From NCBI GenBank assembly GCA_023920165.1, contig CP089276.1, positions 1,612,001-1,676,000 of the forward strand: a DNA stretch of 64,000 bases, read 5' to 3'. This document shows, one piece after another, positions 24,921 to 35,082 of the stretch (position 1 is its first letter; every line of letters begins with the position of its first letter). The position numbers and the translations under genes were made by a program. The DNA is from Curvularia clavata. Lineage: Eukaryota. Below the pieces are notes generated by a model that was not told the DNA's origin, made no database searches, and saw only the letters and a list, made by a program, of their open reading frames with translations.

Positions 24921-26382
24921 TTACTTTGCCTTCCGATAGATATCGCCCGTCCGCCTAATCTCCTCCTCTTCATCTCTCCCTCTACCTTCCGCCTCCAGCT
25001 TCCTAACCAGAGGCAACACCTCTTTACCAAACCTCTCAATATCCTCATCATAATGCAGATGCGCCGTAAGCACCAAATCAACGCCCAAGCTCTTCAATAG
25101 CAAAATGCGATCTGCAATCTGCTCCTTTGTACCAATCAACTTGGTCTTGAAACCGTCGTTGTACTGAACCAAGTCCTCAAACTTGCTATTCGCCCACATG
25201 CCCTTCTTGTTGCTCGTACTGGCACCAGCCTGTTGCACCGCGTCGCGAAATGCTTCAACGGCCTCGACATCGGCTTTCCCCTGGATCTCCTGCAACACGC
25301 GGATAGCTTCTTCCTCGGTGTCGCGGACAATAACGAAGCCATTGACGGCAAAGCGAACTTCACCTTCGCGCCCGGCTTTCCTCGCGCGTTCTTTCACGTC
25401 TGCAATTTGCTCGCGGAAACCGTCGAGGTCGTTGCCGTTCATGAAGTACCAGTCGCTGACTTCAGCGCCGTTTTTGCGCGCATCGTCACTGTTACCGCCT
25501 TGGAAGATTTCTGGATGGGGTTTTTGGACAGGCTTGGGGGCGAGCTTGTAGTCGCGGAATTGGTACTGGTGGCAAGGTCAGTCAATTAAACCATCTCCTC
25601 AAGTATGTTTCGTTGCGTCTGCTGGGTAAGAGTTGCACGTACAAAATCGCCGCCGAAAGTAAAGCCTTTTTCATCGGCAGTCCAGATGCCCTTGAGGGCG
25701 CGAATGAACTCGTTGGAACGTCTATAGCGCTCAGCGTGTTCCAGCCACCACTGCCCAATACTCGTGAATTCGCTTTTGTTCCAGCCAGAAACGATGTTCA
25801 CAGCGATGCGTCCGTTGGAGTAGTTATCGATACTAGCAATCTGTTTTGCTGCAACAGTGGGATTCCACGGCCCGGGAAGGATAGCAGCAATAAGTTTGAG
25901 GCGCTCGGTGCTATGAAGTAGCGCCTGGGAGAAGGAAACACTCTCGTGCTGATTTTCGGCACCGTATGATGCAGTGAAGCGGATTTGCGTGAGTGCATAC
26001 TCAAATCCGTATGCTTCGGCTGTCTGAGCATATCGCACATTGGATTTCAAGTCCCAGTTCGTCTTTTGGGCTATCTTGGATACGACGAGACCGCCCGAAA
26101 CATTTGGGACCCAGTAGCTGTATCCTCACAAGGTTAGGTGTGTGCGGTTGTGGAGGTGTTCAATGGGGGCTACCCACGCAAACAATACACGATCAGGATC
26201 CTGGTTCAGATCCAATGGCTTTGCGGGCGTATAGCCGTCTGTTGCTCCATTGGTATGCCCATTGGTGCCATTTGTACTGCTGCTCTCTACTTCTATCGAG
26301 GAAATGGTCAGCCATACGGTTTTGAAAGGATTGCGATTTCCTGTAAAACAGTACCTGTCCTTTGTCTCTTACGCGGCGACAT
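24921..26382 (-). CDS. SfnG-like luciferase-family flavin monooxygenase (putative dimethylsulfone monooxygenase), three introns
   Basis: Spliced protein contains FAYWVPNVSGGLVVSKI, GFEYALTQIRFTASYGAENQHESVSFSQALL, IAAILPGPW, PEIFQGG, DLVQYNDGFKTKLIGT, which I recognise as bacterial SfnG signatures. ATG 26382 (MSPRKRQRT). Confidence 0.85.
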
Positions 26383-26516
26383 GTCGGTTTGGAAAATAGT
26401 GCGTGATACGAGCTTGGTTAGAACATTGGACGCCAGAGACGTCTTGTAGTACGATACAGTACGATCTTGGCCGTGACTACAAGATGGTCAAGCAGATGTG
26501 CGCATAATAAGCGTAA

Positions 26517-26526
26517 ATTGCGTGAT
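26517..26526 (-). promoter_or_regulatory. ATCACGCAAT element ~135 nt upstream of the sfnG-like ATG; candidate MetR/CYS-3-type bZIP site
   Basis: Identical 10-mer in the same gene-relative orientation at 28660-28669 upstream of the dszC-like gene. Confidence 0.5.
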
Positions 26527-27253
26527 ATGTGACCATACCTGAGACTTGCGGGGTTGACGAGGATCCAACTAGGTGGTGAACTAGACTTCAGGTCCGAAGA
26601 GAGATCTACCGCTGACGATCCTGGCCTAATCTGCTAGTCGGATTTACCCTGCAAACTTAATAATTTCCCGTCATGGGTGGGGGTTTTAGTACTACAGCCT
26701 CCGGTAGTTCTACGGTCCGCCCACTGTAAATGGCTGATATTTAGTTACAAAGCCATACGATAGGTCCGTATCTGCATAGCCGGGGGGATCTGAGGGCTCC
26801 TCTTGTTACTCTTCTCAGCTCAATATGAGACCTATCTACGATTATTTCCCATGACACTTGGTAACTGATAGCGGAGATAATTCGGGAAACTAGAACGCGT
26901 GGGTCTGCATGTTCTTCAGTGACATGCTTGAGCAAGCTATACTCTGGGTCATAGTGCAGAAGTCTTGCTCAAATGGTATCTTCCTCGGAACGTGAGGTTA
27001 TATTGGTTCTATTGTGATAGTGGATAGTCCCTACACCAGGAATAAAGCCGAAGCACGCCATTCATCTTCACTTAGTCGTGACGACTACAGGCGTGCGGCA
27101 TACTCTCATGTCGATCCTTGAGTGTCGCGTCAATTGGCCGTTTAGTTTACTCCAGTACAAAAGGGCACAGATCGAGTCAGTGGATCTCATGAATGTCTTT
27201 CCTGCGCATAGATAATCATGCCTAGCTCTTCGACAATCGACCTCAAGAACAAA

Positions 27254-28215
27254 ATGAGTGCTGCAACTAGCGATGTGGAGAAGCAAACCGTCAACGAGAT
27301 TCCTGTCGTGTCAGTTGGAGCTCGAAAGACCTTGGGCGCTGGAGTGAGTAATGATGACCGAAACATACACGATTTCGCTAAGGTGTGAAGACAGCACTTC
27401 CTATCGGAGTCTTCGCGACGACCTTGACCACGTTGTCGTTCAGCTTAATGGAGTGGCGAGGAGTTACCATAAACAATGTCTTCATAGCCAATTTTTTCTT
27501 CGCGGCGGCTTTCGGCAAGTGACAAGCGTAGACAATGCCCAGGAGACGTGACTGATTTTATACTAGGCCTCTTGATTACTGCACAGTGGGAGCTCTCTGT
27601 GGGCAACGGCTTCGCCTATACAGTCTTCAGTGCCTTTGGCATGTAGAGCCTCACTGCTGCTAGGGATGACCAGCTAACTCGAGGCTAGGTCTGTTCTATG
27701 CTGGCTATGGTGCGATTCTGACGCCTGCCTTTGGGGTTGTGGCGGCCTACGGAGATAACGTGACGGAATTGAACAACGCTCTCGGCTTTTTTATGATCAG
27801 TGAGTTGCTCAAGTCTGTCGATAAGCTACAGCACCGCTAAATATGGCGTAGTGTGGACGGTTTTCAATTTGGTGTTCCTCGTCGCCTCATTGCCGACAAA
27901 CTTGGTCTACATTCTCATTTTCTTTTTCGTTGAGCTTGGGTTTCTTTTCGTCGCGGCTTCTTATTTTGCTGTGGCAGATGGACACCCTGCTGCTTCGACT
28001 GCTCTGAAGAAAGCCGGCGGTGTTTTCTGCTTTTTGTCTGGATTAACTGGTGAATATCTCTCCTCCGCGAATTTCATACGAATCATATACTGACTTCGTA
28101 CACTACTCTTCTAGGCTGGTATCTGGAATTCGCCTTATTGCTGAATGATTCTATTGTTGAGCTACCTCTCTGCGACACTTCAAGGTTCTTCGCGAAGAGC
28201 AGAAAGCGGGAATAA
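27254..28215 (+). CDS. GPR1/FUN34/YaaH (Ady2/SatP) family small-anion transporter, five introns (two GC-AG)
   Basis: Spliced product MSAATSDVEKQ...TALPIGVFATTLTTLSFSLMEWRGV...AQWELSVGNGFAYTVFSAFGLFYAGYG...NNALGFFMIMWTVFN...KAGGVFCFLSGLTGWY...; six hydrophobic segments. Confidence 0.82.
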
Positions 28216-28659
28216 GCGGCAAGCAGCGTTGGGCTCACATTGGAGTACCAGGAGGTATCTCGGAGGCGCACAGTCTTCCGGAAACTGTGATGGGCTGTGG
28301 AGAGTCGGGGTGAGGATGATGCGATTGAGGGGTTGGATGGCGAACGCGGTTCGGGTTGTGGTGAGCTTTTGATGTCAAGTTATAGTCTCTTTTAAGGTAG
28401 CACAACCACAAAGATCCTGGTGTTCGTCGCTGCACGGATCGGCACGTTTCATTTTCGTTGTCCAGAGTTGGAGATTGGTGTAACGCTACGGGGCTGATGG
28501 TCTGCCGCAGTCGCGCTACTAGCTGCATCTCGGCAGACAACTCGACTGTCATCCGTACAGCATCGGAGGTATATCCTTGTCGGCACCCCTCCATTCTGAT
28601 AGTCATTATGTGCTGTTCCAGTGGACCGCAGCCGCGCAAATGGCTTTGGAAGAAATGCA

Positions 28660-28669
28660 ATCACGCAAT
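28660..28669 (+). promoter_or_regulatory. ATCACGCAAT element ~120 nt upstream of the dszC-like ATG, followed by TATAAA at 28719
   Basis: Exact copy of the sfnG-like promoter 10-mer. Confidence 0.5.
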
Positions 28670-28788
28670 AAGCTGAGTATATCGTATCATTTACAGTCTT
28701 TCTCGGCGAGATTGTAGATATAAAGTCGCATCGGAACGTGGAGGACATGGGCGACTAACGAGACGACATCAACACTTTATAGAGGTGC

Positions 28789-30271
28789 ATGATGGCTATC
28801 AACAACGGCGCTAACGGAACCAATGGTCAATCGGGGAATGCGCAGAACGTCAACTTCAGAGATCCCTCTGTCTATGCTGAGTACGAGAAGAAGTGGTCAT
28901 CGATTCCGGAAGACGAAGCGGGCTGGCTCCAGCGCGCTCAAGATGTCGCTGATGTTCTTGCAATTGATGCCGTTGTGCGAGACCAAGAGAACATGTCCCC
29001 GCGAGCTGAAGTAGCTCTACTCAAACACTCTGGGCTTCTCAAGGTTCTTGGTCCAAAGCAGTACGGTGGTGGTGGCCAACCGTGGAGCGTTGGTAAGTTC
29101 TCGACAAACAAAATTCAATCGGAGACATACTGACTCTCAACAAGGCTACAAGGCGATTCGGAAAGTAGCTGAAGCAGACGGGTATGCTCACTGTCCTGCT
29201 CTCGTACTCGTGTACTAACTTCTGTAGTTCAATTGGCATGCTGCTCGGCTACCACCTTCTCTGGTCAACCACAGCAAACGTCGTGGGCTCACCAGAGCAA
29301 GCCGATCGCATCCAAAAGCTCATAATCGAGAACAATTACTTCATCGGTGGCGCCGTCAACCCTCGTGACAGTGACTTGTCAATCAAATCCGACGGCGACA
29401 ATATTGTCTTCAACGGATTTAAATTTTTCAACACAGGTGGTGTTGTTTCCGACCTTACTGTTCTCGAGGGTGTCTTTGAAGGCACTGGACACCATATTTT
29501 CGCTTTTGCAAAGACCGACCAGCCTGGTATTCAGTTTGGGCATGATTGGAACAACATCGGTCTCCGCTTGACAGAGTCTGGGAGCGTCAGGATCTCCGAT
29601 GTGAGCGTGCCTTGGGTCGATGCCCTAGGCTGGAACCTCGAGAAGAAAGAACCAGATCCGCGCGTGCTGCAGATACCCTTTGCTACGCTACTTCTCCCGA
29701 CTATTCAGCTTGTCTTTAGTAATTTCTACCTTGGTATTGCCCTTGGGGCGCAGCAATACGCAGCAAGATATACACTGAAGGGCACCCGGGCATGGCCTTT
29801 TGGTGGCGATGTAAGCACAGTACTGGCATTCTAGTAATGCTGCTAACGCGTTACTAGAACAAGGAGAAGGCGACAGATGAGTTCTATATCCTTGAACGTT
29901 ATGGCAATTTCCATGCCCACCTTCGTGCCGCCACTGCTCTAGCAGACCGCACGGGCAAAGAAGTCGATGCCATCTACCAAAAATACGGAGGTGATTTGGA
30001 CAGTCGCACCAAGCTGACGGCACGTGAGCGAGGTGAGTTGGCGGAGTGGATCGCAAGCATCAAGGTCGTCGCAACAGATACTGGCCTGCGGGTTACTTCG
30101 GGAGTGTTTGAGGTTACAGGCGCAAAGGCGACGAGTCAAAAGGTAGGCCTGGATCGGTTTTGGAGGGATATTAGGACGCACACGCTGCACGATCCTGTCG
30201 CCTACAAGAACCGCGAGTTGGGCAGATTCGAATTGTTGGGCGAGGTTCCAGAACCTACCTGGTACACCTAG
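28789..30271 (+). CDS. Acyl-CoA-dehydrogenase-fold flavin monooxygenase of the DszC/SfnB/MsuC sulfur-acquisition group, three introns
   Basis: EVALLKHSGLL, ADGSIGMLLGYHLLW, NGFKFFNTG, DWNNIGLRLTESGSV, GLDRFWRDIRTHTLHDPVAYK, C-terminal PTWYT. Confidence 0.85.
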
Positions 30272-31950
30272 TTAGGCTGTATCGATGCATTATGGTTGTT
30301 TTGTTGTCTTCCGCCGTCTTTGCGACCGCTTGAAGCAAGAGGGGTTGCGCTGAATCTAGACGGCTCTCACTAAAGCCACACTCAACGATACTTTTAGACT
30401 GTCGATCATGGAATCATGACTGAGCTCTAGCCGTCTCCACTCCTCTCGGTATTGCTGATGCAAATGATGTGCAATGTCTCGGCAATATTTAGAGTTTAGT
30501 GGCCATGCTAGCAATTCATGAGAAATGCTTCAGCGAATTGGTGTGTATCCCGCAATAGGGTGACGCATTCGTGTATACCTAAACCTTGATACCAAAACAA
30601 ATGCTGCCTCCGCAATCGTCATCGGGGATAGGGATTCTTGGGCGCGCACGCTCAGGGTCGAATGGCCACAGGGTCATCGATTGGAATCGAAACATTGACG
30701 CCTCCCCATCTGTTACTGAGGGTGCTGCTAGAGATTGCGGCCCGAGCCAATGCGATAAGGCGAGGCCCTCGTGGTCAAGCTTTGGTGGGGTCGACCCAGT
30801 AGTGGAATGACGGAGGGGACAAAAGAGCGGGTATCGGCATAGCTGTGGCTGATTGCCTGCTGGCATGCGATGCCCAGGGATGCGGTGTGCCTGAAAGAAC
30901 TTGTTCTTTTGCATAACGATCGTCGATGTCAGCTTTTCTGTAGCTGATTGTACATTCCTCTGGATTGGCGAGGGTCACCGTACGTGACGCAGCGGCCAGG
31001 CGAACCGGTTTTGTGTACTATATGCAAGACTCTGGGCAGATGAATGTGGGACGGTAGTTGAGCCTGCTGGATGGATTTCAGGCAAAATCCCATGGGCCAG
31101 GCCAAAGTGCATAGGCAGGGAATGGCAACTAGGGCCGGTTTCACCCGGCCGAAGCGCAGTGGGCATGACGGCCATCGTCCTGTCTACTGCTGTGACTCGG
31201 CGAGCGTGGTCGCCAGGGCGCGACTGGTGGATGCAAGAGCATGACTGATGGTTTCACATGACAGGTCGAAGAGTTTTTCCAAGCAACGGAGCGATGCTTG
31301 TCAGCACGCCTGGCCGCAAGGAGTAGTACATCGACGTATGAGGATAGAGAGCATAGGATGTGTCAGCGGATACGGAGGGTCGCGGAAGCCACCTGCAGTG
31401 TGAGGCTTTTTTGCACAAGTGTTATCCAGGGCGCCGTCCGCTGCTCTCGGACACGACTCTTCGCCCGCTCGTCTCTTCCCAATTGCTGTTGTTGTCGCTG
31501 TCGTCGTTGTCGGTGTCCGCGGACGTCTTGGCAGGCTCTTTAACAGACACGAGTTCGCAGTCTAGAAGGCGCCATTGGCAGGCACGGCTACGTCACGCTT
31601 GCGCACGGATTGCGCTTTCCTCGGATCGGTTCTAACGCGCTGCCGCGGTAGGTGCGGACCAACCTGGTCGCTCCCACGGGCGCTCACGTCATAGGAAATT
31701 CATTCTCCGTCTCCGTGCCAGTTGCGCCGTGGCTCCGGCCAGCTGCTATACTTCAGCTTCGGGTCTGCCCTGCCTCCCGGGCTAGTCTCTCTCACGACAA
31801 TTTTGTTTTTTTCCTTTTGCCCTCCGCTTGACCCTCGAGAACCCGTGATCCTCTCGCTCTGCCACCAACTCCCCCGCGTCGGCTTGCCCCACCTTGCGCC
31901 TAGGTAGTCTAACCACGCACAACGGGCACAGCTCTCGCACCATCTCAACA

Positions 31951-34900
31951 ATGGGTTCCCTCAAGAAAGCGCTAGACAAGCTCAAGCCGGGCCACAGCGG
32001 CTCCGCCTCAGACGACGACAAGAGCGGCGTCAAGTCGCCAACCACGCCCAATGGCAGGGGCCTTTCCCCCGCTGGTACTCCGCGCTCCTCCGTCACCCTG
32101 CCTACTGGCCGTGCCAGTGGTGACTTCAAGCGCAATGAAGCCTCGTCTCCTACCGAGAGCAGAACCAGCTTCGACCACCAGCCCCGCAACTCCCTTAGCG
32201 GCATCCTCCACCGCCGAACAGAGAGCCCTGGCCGCTCCGCCAAGGCAAACTCCCACCAGCGCTCCAGCTCTCTTTCCGCCCATAGTCCTATGCGCGCGGT
32301 CAAGGAAAAGCTACACATTGGAAACGACTCGAGTGACGACGATACCCCCCTCAACCGCGATGGCGAGCCCATGTCTCGCGGACAACTGCGCAAGCATGAG
32401 AAACAGGCCCAGCAGGAAGAGCGGTACAAGCAGAATCGTGAAAAGGAACAAGAGCTGGAGCGCCGCAGGAAGGAAATGGAGCATCAGGCTTTGGCTGAGC
32501 TCACGCCAGAGCAGAGGGCCAAGTACGGTGTCATCCCTCCCAACAGCTACGCCGGCGAGTGGAAACACGAGCCGCGTCACAAAATCCAGGATTTTTCTGC
32601 AAAGGATGTCGGCAAGGAGGTTGTCTTCCGCGCCCGCATTCACCATCTCAGGAAGATGAGCTCCAAGTTTGTCTTTTTGATGTTCCGACAGCAGCTCGCC
32701 ACCATCCAAGGCGTCCTCTTGGAGCACGGCGACATCTCCAAATACATGCTGTACTGGGCCGAGCACCTGGACGCAGAGACAGTAGTCATTGTCAGAGGTA
32801 TCCTACAGGAGCCCAAGGCTAAGCAGGGTGAGGTCCTCGGTGCCACCATCCATGATGTCGAGGTTTCGGTCCACGCCTTGCACGTCGAAGCCTCAGTGAC
32901 AGAACACCTCCCTTTTAATGTCAACGAAGCTGAGGTGTCCCAAGCCGAGGTCGACGCCGAAGTCGCCAAACTGGCCGAGGAAGAGCGTAAAGAAGGGCAT
33001 ACCCGAGTCAAGATTGCAGACAGGACTCGTCTCAACAACCGCGTAATCGACCTAAGAACGACTGCCTCGCAAGGTATCTTCCGCATCCAGTCTGGTATCT
33101 GCAGACTCTTCCGTGAACATCTGGATTCAGAGGGCTTCATCGAAATCCACACTCCTAAGCTGCAAGGTGGTGCAACAGAGTCTGGCGCCAGTGTTTTCAA
33201 GATTGACTACTTCGGCCGTGGCGCATTCTTGGCTCAGAGCCCCCAATTGGCCAAGCAGATGGCCATCTCTGCGGATTTTGGCAGGGTGTACGAGATTGGT
33301 GCCGTGTTCCGTGCTGAAAACAGTAACACCTACCGACACTTGACCGAGTACACTGGCCTCGATCTGGAGATGCAGATTGACGAACATTACCACGAGGTCT
33401 TGCGTGTGCTGGATCGCACGTTCAAGGCTATTTTCAAGGGCATCTACGAGCAGTACCGCCCTGAGATCGAGGTCATCAAGAAGCACTTCCCGCACGAGGA
33501 TTTGGTCTGGCTTGATGAAACCCCCATCATTCCATTCGCTGAAGGTGTTCGTATGCTGAATGAGTCTGGATGGAGGGATGACGATGGAAACGAGCTTGAT
33601 GAGAATGAGGACCTGGGAACCAGGGATGAGGTCCAGCTTGGTCGTGTCATCAAGCAGAAGCTAGGCACCGACTACTACGTCTTGGACAAATTCCCTGCAA
33701 ACGCCCGCCCCTTCTATGCCATGAACGACCCCAACAACCCCAAACTCACAAATTCGTTTGATATCTTCTGTCGAGGTCAAGAAATTCTCAGTGGCGGTCA
33801 GCGTATTCACGACGCTGACATGTTGCTGGAGAAGATGCGCAAGCTCAAGATTGACCCTAGCTCCATGGAAGAGTACATTCAGGCCTTCCAATGGGGTGCA
33901 CCCCCTCACGGTGGAGGTGGTATCGGTCTGGAGCGTATTCTCATGTTGATGATGGGTCTTGGAAACATTCGTCATGCTTCCATGTTCCCCCGCGACCCAA
34001 AGAGTTTACCGGAGAAGCCGGTTGTCAAACAACTGCGTCATCCTGAAGCAAGCACTATGCACCCTCCATGGGAAGGACAAGACCGCGCTCTTGCCAAGAT
34101 GGACTTCCAGCCAATCGAAAAGCTCATTGCCAACTACGGAGATGCCACCAACACATCCTGGTTGGAGCCTCGCACTGAGATTTGGCGAGATGAAACTACC
34201 GGTGCGGCTGTTGGCTTCGTGCCCCAGGATGGCTTCGCCATCACTGTTGGTGACCCTCTGTGCCACGAGTCCCAGTACCTCAAGACCATGTCTGCTTATC
34301 TCAAATACATCAAAAAGGAACGCAACCTCAAGCCGCTCTGGCTGCTTGTAGGATCCGCAGTCGAGGAGGTCCTGGCGACCAAGTTCAACTGGCGCACATT
34401 CTCTGTTACCGGAGAGCAGCGCGTCGACCCTGCACACAACCCCGCCGAGAAGGACTCGGACGTACAGCGCAAGATCCGACACGCTGAGAAGGAAGGTGTT
34501 AAGATCACTGACTATGCCCTTGGCTCGCCACCACCAAAGGATGTCAAGCAAAAGGTTGATGCTCGTGTCGAGGACTGGCTGAAGAACCGCAAGGGCAAGC
34601 AGGTTCATTTGACCAACATCCACCCGTGGCAGGATGAGGAGCATCGCCAGTACCACGTCGCGACTACACCGGATGGTACCATTGTTGCGTTTGTGACCAT
34701 GGCCCAGTTGTCGCCAGACCATGGCTGGCAAGTCAAGTATTCTCTCGACTTCCCAGGCGCACCGAGCGGCTCAATCGAGCAGATTGTCACTCACGCTCTC
34801 AAGCAGGTCGCAGCAAGCGGCGCTACGACCGTCACCTTTGGTGGTGGTGCTAGCTCCAAGTTCAGTCCTGGACACAACGTCAAGGGTACCCGTGTCAAGG

Positions 34901-35082
34901 TCCTCAGCCGTGCATATCACGCAATCGCAACAGAGCTTAAGCTCACCAACAAAACAGAGTTCCGTGAGAAGTTGGGTGCGACGGACGACCCGAGTTACAT
35001 CTGTTACCCGCCTCACGGGCTGGGCCCTATGGCAGTCAAGGCCATCCTGAATTTTTTCTCGGATGACGAAGACAACAACTAG
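31951..35082 (+). CDS. erdS: Aspartyl-tRNA synthetase fused to a DUF2156 aminoacyl-tRNA transferase: ergosteryl-3beta-O-L-aspartate synthase
   Basis: Intronless. Disordered N-terminus, AspRS (FIEIHTPKL, LAQSPQLAKQ, VFRAENSNTYRHLTEYTGLDLEM, PPHGGGGIGLER, FPRDPK), then ~330-aa domain (IANYGDATNTSW, AITVGDPLC, WQVKYSLDFPGAPSG, TFGGG, FREKLG). Confidence 0.92.
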   Translation: MGSLKKALDKLKPGHSGSASDDDKSGVKSPTTPNGRGLSPAGTPRSSVTLPTGRASGDFKRNEASSPTESRTSFDHQPRNSLSGILHRRTESPGRSAKANSHQRSSSLSAHSPMRAVKEKLHIGNDSSDDDTPLNRDGEPMSRGQLRKHEKQAQQEERYKQNREKEQELERRRKEMEHQALAELTPEQRAKYGVIPPNSYAGEWKHEPRHKIQDFSAKDVGKEVVFRARIHHLRKMSSKFVFLMFRQQLATIQGVLLEHGDISKYMLYWAEHLDAETVVIVRGILQEPKAKQGEVLGATIHDVEVSVHALHVEASVTEHLPFNVNEAEVSQAEVDAEVAKLAEEERKEGHTRVKIADRTRLNNRVIDLRTTASQGIFRIQSGICRLFREHLDSEGFIEIHTPKLQGGATESGASVFKIDYFGRGAFLAQSPQLAKQMAISADFGRVYEIGAVFRAENSNTYRHLTEYTGLDLEMQIDEHYHEVLRVLDRTFKAIFKGIYEQYRPEIEVIKKHFPHEDLVWLDETPIIPFAEGVRMLNESGWRDDDGNELDENEDLGTRDEVQLGRVIKQKLGTDYYVLDKFPANARPFYAMNDPNNPKLTNSFDIFCRGQEILSGGQRIHDADMLLEKMRKLKIDPSSMEEYIQAFQWGAPPHGGGGIGLERILMLMMGLGNIRHASMFPRDPKSLPEKPVVKQLRHPEASTMHPPWEGQDRALAKMDFQPIEKLIANYGDATNTSWLEPRTEIWRDETTGAAVGFVPQDGFAITVGDPLCHESQYLKTMSAYLKYIKKERNLKPLWLLVGSAVEEVLATKFNWRTFSVTGEQRVDPAHNPAEKDSDVQRKIRHAEKEGVKITDYALGSPPPKDVKQKVDARVEDWLKNRKGKQVHLTNIHPWQDEEHRQYHVATTPDGTIVAFVTMAQLSPDHGWQVKYSLDFPGAPSGSIEQIVTHALKQVAASGATTVTFGGGASSKFSPGHNVKGTRVKVLSRAYHAIATELKLTNKTEFREKLGATDDPSYICYPPHGLGPMAVKAILNFFSDDEDNN

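Noticed and set aside
31951..31975. N-myristoylation of ErdS (MGSLKK)
   Set aside because: Lacks the preferred Ser/Thr at position 6; too weak to call.
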